A stretch of DNA of 62,623 nucleotides, the filler included, from Platydemus manokwari (lineage: Eukaryota), in NCBI GenBank assembly GCA_037951405.1. It is 6 parts of 6 records of this genome, joined end to end, with 100 filler letters (N's around TTAATTAATTAA, not from the genome) between each part and the next. Parts side by side here need not be neighbours in the genome. Positions count along the whole stretch, not along the records: positions 21,201 to 30,775 come from JBBMOY011230321.1; positions 30,876 to 41,987 come from JBBMOY010813314.1; 4 more parts are not named here. One strand, written 5' to 3'. Below are positions 25,700 through 38,408 of this stretch, piece by piece; positions within the stretch are counted from its first letter, which is position 1, and every line of letters begins with the position of its first letter. The notes beneath the pieces were generated by a model. The model had not been told where the DNA came from, searched no databases, and saw only the letters and a program-made list of their open reading frames with translations. The position numbers and the translations under genes are program-made.

Positions 25700-27000
25700 A
25701 ATTTATCGTCGGTTGGTAGAGCACAATAATAATTGAGGCAATGTGGTGGTTGTGGAACGGCCTGAGGCAGTGTCACCATAGCAGACAGTATAAGTCGGTA
25801 TCGCAGACATGCACATGTACTATTTCCTGGATACAGGTTTTGCGCCTACATGTGCCTGACAATTATTGCTGCAATTAGCAGTCAATAGATAATCGATGAC
25901 AAACTGATAGACCAGGTACAACTCATAACATATGCGGATCTACCTCACCATCAATCCTGGTTTCATTTGATTATGTCCGCAGCACTTTTTCATAGATATA
26001 AACAATCACAGTCGTCCACAGACTGGGTATGGTGGAGGTTGTTAATTGTGACTTGATTTGTTTACCGGTTAATATAAACAAATATGGTGCTGCATCAATC
26101 AAGCATTTATGGAGTGAAGCGAAGATATTCTACAAAATTATTATTACCAAAATATATTGCAATCAATGACTTCGTATCAGTACAATGTTTAATCAATGAA
26201 TTCCGTTATCTTTATTTCATTTTTTATTATTAAAAATAAAGAAATATTTAATTTATCCTTAAAATTTCGTATTTTTTTAAAGAAAAAATCACTATATGGA
26301 ATTTATCTAGTAACGTTCTAATGTCGAAAATAATGGATTGATCTTCTTGTAAATTAATTGTTGGTTTTCATTTGGGGAGAATTAATCATCTGTATTATTT
26401 TAGCTAATTATTTAAAAAACAATTCTATTTTTTTGAATTATTAATATTTAATATAATAAATATAAATGCAATAAATATAAAAATAAATATTTAATAAATA
26501 TAATAAATGTGTGTTATATGGTTTCAGGATTTTGTTTTTAAAATTAAATATTTAGAAGCTTTATTTCAGAAAGATGGATTATTAATAAAATTTGATGTTC
26601 ACATTCAGCTTTGTTTTATTTACGTTTATCGTGATAAAAATTATCCTCTATTACACAATCAAAATCAATGTTTGCAAATTCCCATAAATAATCAATACAA
26701 TGAAAATTCAACGTGAAAAATGAAGTATAAATAATCTTTTTAGATAAATGGGAGGTTTGTCGATAAGTTATGAATATTTTGTCAAGTATTGTATGACATC
26801 GAACATAGATGAGATGAAATGCAATTCTAATCAATCATATCTTACACATGGAAATCTGGTGTAGTATTAAATTTCATTATTTCGAATAAACAACCCATTT
26901 GGACTCATCGAGTATTTCAGCAAATACAGTAACCACTTACTGTTTAATCATGATAGCTGCACACTAAGGCATATTGTAAACAAATTATCCCAAATGCAAC
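25700..27000. promoter_or_regulatory. Candidate foxF upstream enhancer/promoter blocks with clustered forkhead motifs
   Basis: A GC-elevated non-coding block at ~25700-26120. RYAAAYA sites at 25998-26004, 26059-26065 (TGTTTAC), 26074-26080, 26886-26892 and 26976-26982. Confidence 0.35.
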
Positions 27001-27564
27001 AAACAGTATCTTATAAAGTATAATAATAGACACAATTTTTCAGAATTTAGTTTTCAAATAATTCAATGAATAAATTAGACATTGATAATACTTTATTTAT
27101 TAAATGGATAAGATCATTTAAATTTATCAATTAATTAATTTAATTGATTTAATTAATGGAGTTATTCAAAATTTCGCATCGCATATATTAATCAACAATG
27201 ATTGGATAACAAATTTAATTTTTCTTATAGCGAGTTTAAATTGAACCAGTCTAAATTGACGAGTAATCATTTATCGTCAAAATACACACGATTAACTCGC
27301 TTCTGAAACGGACGTGCCTCGAGGACACGACGAGTAAGGAATATGCGATATCTAACAGTTTAACACGAACTGAACAACACACATGCACAACACACGCGAA
27401 TACTCGCCCGGTATTGTCGGTATACACACAATTATGCATTTGACGACATATTTAAAATAAAGATCTATTAGCGCACAAATTAATTGCCAACCGTATTCTA
27501 ACGACAATCATCAATAATTTGAAATTTATAATTATCAAAATTAAAAACATAATTATTTTAATCA

Positions 27565-30376
27565 ATGAATAATACCGATTCAAATCGTCAAGGAGTTTAT
27601 CTTCAGTCACAGTCTTCTCACCAACTCCTTGGATCATTTGAAAATCCAATTCTTAATACCCAACATATTAAAGAAGCCTCAACATCAGGTGTACAGGAAT
27701 TAAAATCTGAAATCCATTATTCATCAGAATTTTCGACAGATTATTTGCCAATAGTTACAGAAATGTATCCAACAAATTTTCTAACAAACTCATATGAACA
27801 TCAGCAATTCGTTAATCCATCGACATTTAATTACTTTAATTCCAATAAAAAGCTTTGTGGCATCTTATCATCAACAATGAACAATTTCACAGACTTGGAC
27901 AGAATTGATTATGCGAGAATTAACGAGATAAGTAATTTTGATCAATATTATCAACCTTATCAGAATCTAAAAATCGAACATCAGAGGGACAGTAATACAT
28001 TGAATCATTTTTCATCATTGTCTCGTCAGATAGATCTGGTAAATGCAGATTCGAATACCATTTCTCAATACATTCAGTCAACACAATCATTTAACAACCA
28101 AATGAACAACAATGCGGACAGTCGAAGCGCAATAAGTGCCAACAGTCCAAGTTGCTATGAAAACAGTGAGATAAAACCAAACGAATTACCTATAATTGTA
28201 TCAGCGCCATCACTATCCGAAGATTGTGAACTGAATGAAAAAACTGCTGCAAACAAGCGTGACGATATAGATTTCGACAGTAATCAAAGTGACTCTCCAA
28301 GAAAACCTATAAAAGAAGTGACACCCAGTCTAGAAACTGTTAATAATAAAGAAGATGAAATAAAAAAGGAAAAGTCAATTGAACGAGAAAGCGATGATAT
28401 TGATAGGATGAAATCAGAAAAATCTCTAAAATCATCAAGTAAAAAATTATTGAGTCTAAAACCTGTTTCAACCTTCATTTCAGCAGCGAAGCGTAAATCA
28501 GAAAAGCCAGAGCAGTCATATATTGCGTTAATAGTAATGGCCATTCAAGCTTCTCCAATCAGAAAATGCACTTTAAGTGAAATATATAATTATCTACAAC
28601 AGAATTTTCCTTTCTTTCAAGGTCCATATCAGGGCTGGAAAAATTCAGTCAGGCATAATCTTTCTTTAAATGAATGCTTCATAAAATTACCAAAAGGTAA
28701 GTTATACTAAATATAATATAAATTATGATTATAATCATTTGATTCGATTCTATCAATTTCCTGCTTGTATTTTTGTATTAAAATGACATTTAAAACATGA
28801 TATAATTCGAGCGGAAATACCGTTAGTTACAGTAATATTCAATCTACCATTATTATGTATAACTGTCTGAATTCATTGAACGGAAATTGCAACCAGTCAA
28901 CCATAATGGTCTTTGTTCGGCAATTTGCGATAACTAAGAAACATAAAGAAAATAATATTTGTACATTAAATTTTTTTTTAAGAAATCGAATAGAATAGCA
29001 CGATGCAATTTTATCAAACAGGAATCCATACCATATTCTGATCATATGAGAAATTCTATAAACTCATCAATATTCAATGCTACTCTAAGACAATTGATTA
29101 GCATAACCTTGTCCACACCTATTTTAGTATTCAATATTGTGATTTACTTTAATAACAATACACAAATGATAAAGCGTTCGTCGTCCAAAAATCAAATAAT
29201 ATTTAATATTTTAAATTGTTTATTTTACTTTTATTGAAATGTGCTTAATGGTTATGTAATAAAATACACATTTAATTTAATTTCATCATTAGGTATGGGA
29301 AGGCCGGGAAAAGGCCATTATTGGACTATAGATCCTACAGCTGAATTTATGTTTGAAGATGGAGGTAATAGAAGAAGGCCTAGAGGATTTAGAAGGAAAA
29401 TTTCAACCAGAAGTAACTCAGGATCAGCATTCTCCAAGTCGCCGTATACAGTAACGTCAGTGTCTTACAATAACAGTAGTCCAATGATGTTTTCACCATC
29501 TAATGTTCGCTGTAATCAATTAGGTAGTAATGTGTCTTCGTGCAATTCAATGAATAATCTGAACGGAACAGTAGCAGACAATATGCCTCCACTTTTTGAT
29601 ATGTATCATCAAAGTTTTGGGCTTTTTTCTCAGCCGGAAAACATTGATCCAATGAAAGCCGTTATATCGAACTACCCACAACATGATTCTGGATTTTTTA
29701 TAGATTCATTTTATCCTCACTCATCATCAGATTCCAGTTTTGGTAAACAAGAAATTCCAGCAGCTTCATCTCTATTCCATACTAACTTTATGTCTAATAC
29801 AATAAGTCAGACTTCTAATTCCTCGAGTATATCCCATCCACCTATATCGCCATATGTCTCAGGAAACTCTCGAAATAGCCCCTTATTCACTTCACTTTCT
29901 TCGTCATTACAAACTCAGAATATTACAGATTTAAAGATTTCTGATCAATCATCTTTTCATTCTCCACAATCATCAACTTCCTCCACAGCCGCAGCAGTTG
30001 CAGCTGCATCACTTTATTCAAATTGGTTTCCAAGTGGACCAACAGATGCAGCAAAATATTTCATGGATCATTCCTCAGAACCCGATAGAATAGACAATTT
30101 ATATTCCTCAAGCGCTTTGCCAAGATTATCCGTAGGTATTCATGGTGAAAATGATGAAATCATTGAAAGAAGTGAATTTTTTATTTTATTTTGATATTGA
30201 ATATTTAAAACATTCAAACAGATCCTATGTATCAACCATACATGACAGATTGTCTTTTACCTTACCTACCATCAAGTCAAATGTTTAATATAGCAAACAT
30301 GACAGATGTTCGCTCCAACAGTGGTTTAAATATGGACAACACTGACAGATCCATTTGGGTTCACAATAAATTTTGA
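27565..30376 (+). CDS. foxF: Forkhead box F transcription factor, ~721 aa
   Basis: Exons 27565-28696, 29293-30171, 30222-30376 (2166 nt, in frame). The forkhead domain [49 protein letters not shown]|[33 protein letters not shown] is diagnostic of FoxF. Confidence 0.95.
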
Positions 30377-30775
30377 TTGAATATGGATTTGATCAAAGTG
30401 TAAATATGCTCATATGTGTTTGTCACGATTGATTCGTTCTGAAATACTCTGACAATCACCTTTCTACAATTTTGATTAATATATTGATTTCAATTATTTA
30501 TCTTCAATTTAAATTCATTTGTAAAAACTCAACACAACTATATTTAAAATTTCCCAACTTATATATATGGTTGTGCATGTGTAAATAACTCATTGTAATT
30601 AAGATTTGATTTTAATTAAACCCAACGAAGGATAAAATAATTTATTTAAATTCAATCAATTCACTTTTGAATTAATGAGTAATTTAATTATTATTTTATT
30701 TTATCTCATTATGAAGTTAAAAATAAAATAATACTAATAATAATCAATAATGATAATAATAGAAATAATTAATAA

Positions 30776-30875
30776 NNNNNNNNNNNNNNNNNNNNNNNNN
30801 NNNNNNNNNNNNNNNNNNNTTAATTAATTAANNNNNNNNNNNNNNNNNNNNNNNNNNNNNNNNNNNNNNNNNNNN
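30776..30875. other. Artificial contig linker
   Basis: N44-TTAATTAATTAA-N44. Confidence 0.98.
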
Positions 30876-33332
30876 TGGATTTTAACAGATTATCACATAA
30901 TTAAAAGCAGAAATATATTTAAAAATAATAAGAAAATTGATAGCAGATTAAACATCTCTGAACATTCAATATCAAAATTAATAAATCATAGATTATGATG
31001 TGCTTCAAATTATCAATATTAATGATTGGTCAACTAACAACCAATTATAATATAAATAAATATTATTGTAATTAATAATAAAAATAATTATTATTATCAA
31101 GTAATAATGTTGGATTTTACATTCATTTTATTAAATAATTTCTTGCTGAAAGTCCATTTTTAAAATTACCAAACTCTAAAATTATTATATTGTACTCGTT
31201 AATATATTTTATGTTTTTTGGTTTAAATTGAGAAATATATCTTTGATCTGATTTATAAATTATTCTATTGGCAATTGCATCTCACATCTCTTATTTTGAT
31301 GATCCTTTATCTGTTCAAGATTATTGCTTAAACGTGATTCGTCTTAATTGTTATGTCTGTCTGCAATTCTTTTACAATATTGGCAATTTTCTCTTTATCA
31401 CTTAAAATTTTCGGCCTGCAACAATTTGCATGTTTGGATCTGGATTACTTCCACCTCATATTCTTAAAAATCAGTGAAATCAGTTGTTTTAAATCTTATT
31501 TATTAAACAAAAAAGTCAACTTGTTACTTTAGTATCAATGCTTTGTTCAGTCAATAATACAAAATCAATTGAGTATCACTAGTGCTATCAAGGTTGACTC
31601 ATATTAATGCTCTCATTACTTGCATTTCTGATTCATTAGATATAGTAATAAGCAAATCAGTTTGACATCACCACTCAGTAAAATTCAATTGCGACAAATG
31701 TTAGTACGTATCATCGTGCAGCATTTGATGCCGACAAGAAAATATGTTATCTCAGATTACTCTCGATTTAAAAATTCCTTGTGAAACGAGAGATATTGTA
31801 ATCAAAGAAAGGGAATGAATATTCTCGTCAAGGCTTACAAATAAATTTTAAAAAGTGTAAGACCAGTTATTTTAGTAATGGTGAAAGTGGTTGCTGACCT
31901 CTGAAATTTGAGATAACCAAAGAGTAAATACTGATTATAGTGCTGCCATAACTTGCTGCAAGATTTTGAAGTTTTTATTAATAATAATTTTTCTATTTAT
32001 TTAGCTAATATAATCTTTGAGAACATTAAAACAAATTAACGATGTCTTGAATGAGAAACTGCGTAATGATTTTAAAATTATCAGCGATTTTTTCATTGGT
32101 TTAAGAAGAAATTCTATTTTTAGAAACCACACTTAATCCCGAATTTGTGAGCTTAATTTTCAAAGCTAATTTTTCAGTTCGTTAAATCAAACATTTACAA
32201 AGGGGATATTGATAAACTTAAAACGAAACCTGATGTAATGTTCACTTATTGAGACTATTAGAAACTATTATCAATACCGATATAGTATAATTATTGATAA
32301 GCGATGATAACAATAAAAGCGAATAGGAAATGCAGAATTCAAGCAGACTTTAGTGAAAAATGTTGAATATTTAACGTAGATTACCAGATAATTTTGGAAT
32401 TCTTTTAAAGTATGAAGATATGTACATATTATTAACGGATTTGTTGTTCAAAACATCGATGATATCTTGATAATAATAAAAGACAATTTATTCAATATAA
32501 TCATTCTAATATCCAGTCATATTTACCATTAAAATTTAGATCAAATAATTTGGAAATTTGAAAGATTTCCTTGATGAATTGAGATTTATTTCGACTTCAG
32601 TCACTACATCAATTTTACTCAGAATCTCAATGGTATTGAAAATTCGTATTGTGAGGATATCAAATTGAATTTATATTGAATTTGAATTTATATTCAATTT
32701 AGTTGATATTAAATTTAATTTGATATTAAATATTATTTATTTTGTTTAAATAATTGTCTTTAAATAGAATCGAATGTCGAGTTTTTTACAGTTCGTTTTC
32801 GATGCGTTCCTTTAAATAGTAGCGGCTTACACGTATAATCAAGGATATTGATTACTTATAGACGAAGCACTTAAAATTTGAATTATTTGAGTGATTCAAT
32901 TGATTATTGTGGATTTGGAAAAGCAACAGGTATGGAAATGAGGCCAGTTAATATTGTAAAGGAACCCCGTAAAATAAATAAGGGAATGAAAATGAGATTA
33001 CTATGATTACAATCATTAAAAGTATAAAAAGATGTGTTCCTCAGTCAGATATTGAACTATTAATATCCAGTATCATTTGAAATAATCAGAAAAGTCGCTC
33101 ACAGAAACTATTTAACTAATTTATTACGTTCAACTTGATTTCGGTTGTATGGCTTATCAAATTATAGATGTTCAGTATAAAAATTTAATAGGTTGATAAC
33201 GTAATATTTTGAAAATCTAATTGATAAGTAAATAGCTACTCATTATGATATACTTCCGTTTGTGAGAAATAAGAAAAACGTTTAAAATATTATCTTTATT
33301 TAATATTACAAGTGAAAGAACACTTCCTCACA

Positions 33333-33674
33333 TCACAGTCGGTTTTGTTGACGTTGCGCAAGATTCTTTAAAAAGTTTTCATTTAGGAATTCAGTAATTC
33401 CCTTCACAAACACAGTTATTTTCTCGTTCAGTTCTCTAAATTCATTTGTCTCATCTGGATTTTTTCGGTATTCCAATTTTGTGAAAGCTATTGTTTTTAT
33501 TTCTCTTCCTAATTCCAAAAACCTTTGAAATTGGTCCTTTGGTAAAAAGCTTTGCAGAAAATTCAAAAATCTTAATCTTTCAGTCCATATTTCTGTACCA
33601 ACATTGTGAGAAGACGCATTCATATTAACAATCGTTCCGAAAAGGATTGCACATGTAATCAATATCGATTTCAT
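33333..33674 (-). CDS. Single-exon 113-aa putative secreted protein (orphan)
   Basis: Signal-peptide-like N-terminus MKSILITCAILFGTIVNMNA|S and a Cys-free amphipathic helical mature part. AAAATG start context. TATA-like boxes at 33702-33709 and 33713-33719 (minus strand). AATAAA at 33295-33300, ~35 nt after the stop. Confidence 0.7.
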   Translation of the reverse strand: MKSILITCAILFGTIVNMNASSHNVGTEIWTERLRFLNFLQSFLPKDQFQRFLELGREIKTIAFTKLEYRKNPDETNEFRELNEKITVFVKGITEFLNENFLKNLAQRQQNRL

Positions 33675-34249
33675 TTTCTGTTTTCGTGGTTTAGTGCATT
33701 TTATTTATACTGTTTTATAACAGAAAAACTAAATAACGGTTCTACATCTGTTTCACTAGATATTCGATTACAAAGACAATTATCGTTAGTAATTGATCTC
33801 GAAATGTTAATAGTCAATGACCGCTAATCATATTTAATGTTGATTTAGTTGTGTGCATTAATCTAGGAGAATAATCATTAATACATGATCTAATAAAAAC
33901 ACTTGAATAAATCTCGAACAAATCATCCTGAAATAATTTTATTATATTTATAAATTATTTGAGTTATTTAGATATTTGGGAAAATATAATTTTGTTTTTA
34001 ATATTGATGATTTATTAACTTATTTAACTTATTTAACACATCCAATAACATCAACTGTATACACGATTTTTATCAAAATTGATTTAATAATATAAATAAA
34101 TTCACGTAAAATTCTATAAATGATATTCTCGATTTGAATTTTCGATTTGATATCCTCATATTTGAGGTAAAAAATAATAAGATTTAGAAATGCCTCATTT
34201 TAAATTTTATTCTAAAATGAAGAACATATCAAATATAAACAATGTTCTT

Positions 34250-35250
34250 GAAAAAGACCATTTGATACTTTGTAAACTATCAGAACAGTTACAGAAATGT
34301 CTTAGAAACTTACAATAGCACAACTTTTAAATTAATTAATGTTCTGCTTCAGTACTCATTTTGCATGTGCCTAACAAGCTGCTAGAATTACATGTGGCAT
34401 TGATAAACGGAAATTTCTTCTTTCCGCAAAAATCTTGTCAAATATATCATCCTCAAAAGAAAAAATTGTTTTGTTTTACTTTATAAGTTTTTCAATATTT
34501 ACACAATGCTCACAACTTTTAGATCACTCATTCAATAAAACCTTACGTGACCTGAAATTTAATCTTGAAATTTTTGATTCATTTGATCTCATATTGAAAT
34601 CGGATTCATTAAATAGAGATAAATCTTATCCATCAGTTTTGATTTTATTTGTATTTTCCGTCATCGAAGATTTCTCTGGTAGACATTAGGGATGGCTTTT
34701 TATTCCTCAATCATTTAATTCATCTGAATATAAAACTTTCTGATTCTCTAATTGTAATTGTTTTTCATCTAAAAAGTTTAGGAGAAGCTTTTGATTAGAA
34801 ACCTGTACTTTGATTAAAATCCTGTAATGTCCAAAAATCGATGTTATATGCGAAGTATAGCTTTCATTTAAATGTTTCTAAAAATAATTAAAATAACATT
34901 CAATTCTCAGTACAGAATTTATTGATATTTCTAGATTCTCTTTCATAATTTAATTTGAGATCATTACAATATTGGTACTTTACTGTGATAAATATGTGCG
35001 TGTATGTGTTTAAGTCTGAATATATTTTTTGAAACTTTGCGAAAAATAAATATCAATACTATTTCTGGAAATACTTGATCTAGAAATAGCGTGAATTATT
35101 TTCAAGAGTCCACCTATTTTCAAATTGTGAAGATGTGGAAAATTTTCTTTCATCAACTAAAGAATACACCGAAGCAATGCAAATTCCTGAAAATTTGTAT
35201 GGCAAATTTCCATTAAGGGTTTTTCTAAACGATTTAAATTACACTAGCAA
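34250..35250 (-). pseudogene. Possible decayed spliced host gene or pseudogene next to the non-LTR insertion
   Basis: One minus-strand frame reads protein-like (NRLEKPLMEICHTNFQEFALLRCIL*..KHLNESYTSHITSIFGHYRILIK|MKKQLQLENQK..FEDDIFDKIFAERRNFRLSMPHVILAAC*) with intron-like gaps but about a dozen in-frame stops. Confidence 0.25.
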
Positions 35251-35304
35251 TTTATCTTGCCGAGATTCTTTGGATTAGAATTGCTCGTTTTTCCGTATCG
35301 ATAG

Positions 35305-36775
35305 TTAAACTCTCATATTGTAGTCGTTGTAGATATCTGATTGTATGCTCTTGATCAAGATAAGGATTTCACTTTTCGTTGTTCCATGTGGGTATTGTTT
35401 ATCACGAAAGCATCTTTCAGTAGAGTGCTGATGAGGAACCCAGCGATGACGGTGATCTGTAGCTTGTCTAGACTGATGTTGGCAAGCATTTTGTTGTTTA
35501 TAGGGTTCCAAGATTCAAGAAATTTAATACAGAGTACATCCAGTGTTGTTTCATACCTGTTTTTATTTTGATTTTTGCCGCTATTGTTCCATATTTTTCA
35601 AAGATCAGGAACCGATGTTTCTCAAAGATATCAACCGGGATCTTCATGTCGATGATATAGGTATGTATCTTGGCTTTATTCTTAATGATGAGATCCGGTA
35701 GCAATCTTGTATTTAGTTTTGGTGGGCTTGTATGAATATCGTTATCCAGTCCGGATGATAGTAAGCAGTTTCCTAAGTGGTTCAAATTGATTGAGTGTCT
35801 TTTTGTATCCAGTCCAGGTACCGCTGGACAGTGGATGAATTTGTGGCATCGTGGGTATAAGATTGATTTCTTTTTCTTCATGAAATACAGTGTGTAATTC
35901 AGTAATAATAGGTTGTTTTTGGCCAGATTCGTGAAAATCCAGATATCTTGTGAAAATTTTTTTGCAAGAGATGACTGGGTGAGAAGCAGTGAACCATTTA
36001 TTCTTGTTTTTTCTTGATGCAATATTCCATGAGGGACGTTTTGAATCCGATGCCGCCAGGTTTGGTAGTTCCATTTTTAGTATTTCTTTCGAGATATTCG
36101 ACGCATTTCTTGTCGAATGATTGTACTGATTCATTTTTATGGTTTGAGATCAGTTTTGTTGAATCCAGTTTGCTAATTTGTAATTGTTGAATTCGGAAGT
36201 GGAAAGGCAATCTCGAGTGCAGAAAAATACTGTAAGCCTGGAATTTTTATGAAGGATACAGTCTGAAGGCTGTGATCGCTTCAAAGTCTGTGATGATTGA
36301 TTCCAGGATGTGGTTGACCGGTGATCGATTGAGTAGACCAAAGGGCACTCCGAGATTGTCACTATCCATGATTTAGATGTGTTGATTTTGAGTAGAATGT
36401 CCGTTGCTTTATGAATAGGTTGATTCAGTCTGTTTTCGAAGTTCTTTTCAGAATTAGCAATGTTAACGATATAATAAATGCAGGCTGTGTTGAGAATTGA
36501 ATATCACACATTATGAGAGCCCCCGGCATACTGGCTGAGAAGCGTAGGAGAGAATCAATTGACAGGTAGAAGAGTGTCATTGACAAGGGGCATCTTTGTT
36601 TTACTCCGTGGTGGATTGGAATTGGTGGTGTGTTAAGCATTCCACAGGTATAAGTTCATTCGGAGTCCTGGTATATGGCATTGATCATTTCAATGTAATG
36701 AGTATTGTAACCCATTTTGTTAAGCGTATACTAGATAACCTCGTGTGGTAGGCTTGTGGAAGGCTTTTATGAATG
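35305..36775 (-). mobile_element. 5'-truncated, degenerate non-LTR retrotransposon with RT and REL endonuclease (R2/NeSL/R4 group)
   Basis: RT motifs KAF..LPHEVI..MGY..INAIYQ..GVKQRCPLSMTLF (GVKQGCPLS). The C-terminus has C..HC...KRH..., RLLPDLII, IIDMKIP and EKY, the RH/PD/D..P/KY signature of REL. Multiple frameshifts. Confidence 0.85.
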
Positions 36776-37512
36776 AATATGTGAAAATTATGTGAAATAT
36801 GTCGAACACAAATAAATACAGGAACCACGACAAGAATGCCAATACAGCCAATAGATATAATTCCAAAACCAATGGAATTCACAGCAATGGATATTATGGG
36901 ACCATTCCCAGAAACGACCCAAGGAAATCGATATAATTTAGTATTTTGTGATTATTTCACGCGTTGGCCAGAAGCTTTTGCGATGTCAAACCATAAGGCA
37001 GCAACGATTGCCCAGATATTCGTGGAAGAGATAGTGTTCCGGTATGGAGCACCGAGGATAATACTGACAGATAGAGGGAAGGATTTCCTGACCAATATAA
37101 TTGCGGAGATCTGTAAAATTTTCCTCGTAATGAAGTTGAATACCTTGCCATATAGACCTCAAACAGATGGCCTGGTAGAAAGATTCAATAACACTTTGAG
37201 AAATATGTTAGCTTCTTTTACGAGCACAAATCAGGGTAGGGGATCGGGTATTAGTAGATACCCCTCAACCGGTAAAAGGACTCTCTCCAAAATTGCAGAA
37301 TACATTTAAAGGACCGTACACTGTGGAGAAAGTGACGCCTACTAATTTACAATTAAAAAGAAAAGGACCGGCTGGACCATTGATAGTCCATGCAAATAGA
37401 TGTAAGCGAGTAACAGTAGTAGAACCGAGCCAACATGCGCTACGTTCCAGGACAAGAACAGTAGCAACAGTAAATACCGGAAAAGGAATGAAGTTACACA
37501 AATGGATTTTGA

Positions 37513-38268
37513 ATGCCATTGTGTATATTAGCATTGATACTAACTAAGGAAGCGAAAAAGGATGTAGAGAATCCGAAAATGCCCGAATTCTACTTCGAAA
37601 TAGAGGCACAGAGAATCACGGTGCATTGTGATTGCGACAATGATCCGCTTGTGTCAATGGCCTTATTAATAAGAGGAGGAAATAGAGCCGAAGTTTATCT
37701 AGGAAAACTTAGGAATAAGGTTTCATTTAATATATTAAGATCGTCATGAGTTTACTGGTTTGAAGCAATGGTTTCAAGCGAAAGTAACCGTAGGCGGAAA
37801 ACTAGACAGAATACAGAGTGAAAACAAGGTGCAAACGCGCACCAGTAAAGATAAAGAAAACTTAATCTGGATTATGGAACCCAGAGAGAAATTACACAGT
37901 GCAGATTCATATGGGGAATATTGCACAGACGTTGGATGAGAAAAACAGGAGATATGACATGACACTGGAAGAAAGGAGACCCATAAAAGCTCATATAAGC
38001 TATAATCGGTGGAATAGAGTCAGCTAAATTTTGTATCGATCAATACGAGGAAGTAGAGATAACAGCACCAGGATTTAGTTTCAAACCCATTAAGAAAATG
38101 AAAGGATCTTTAAGATCTGTAGAACAATTAATGATGATAGGATTTGCAATGATAATCATTGTAATCCTGATATTAGTAGTAATGTTATTATCAAGAATGA
38201 TAATCAGCTACCGACAGCAACAAATGACATTAAACAGAGACAGGAGAACCTATGATACTAGATGTTAA
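37513..38268 (+). pseudogene. env-like type I membrane protein of the Gypsy element (frameshifted)
   Basis: Hydrophobic leader (KWIL/MPLCILALILTKEA), a Cys-containing ectodomain, a 21-aa transmembrane (TM) segment LMMIGFAMIIIVILILVVMLL (38128-38190), a basic tail, and a stop at 38266-38268. Confidence 0.6.
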
Positions 38269-38345
38269 AAGTACAGTATATAGTGTATATGCTGTATATT
38301 GTAAAGTATAAAGTACAGTACATAGTGTATCTACTGTATAAAGTA
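38268..38345. repeat. ~43-bp direct repeat pair between the env-like ORF and the accessory ORF
   Basis: AAAGTACAGTATATAGTGTATATGCTGTATA... / AAAGTACAGTACATAGTGTATCTACTGTATA... Confidence 0.7.
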
Positions 38346-38408
38346 AATTGTTTAAGTGTTTTTGTAAAACAAGTATTAACTAGTATTAATGAGTATTTAT
38401 ATTTTAGT

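Noticed and set aside
28839-29292. ORFs 28839..29045 and 28959..29237, and the N-terminus of 29241..30194
   Set aside because: They lie inside foxF intron 1; the true exon starts at 29293.
31250-31460. Tc1-like HTH fragment (RPKILSDKEK) on the minus strand
   Set aside because: A single short motif with no TIR or DDE region.
35425-35460. CTGATGA as a hammerhead core
   Set aside because: No downstream stem II-GAAA; it lies antisense within the REL element's coding end.
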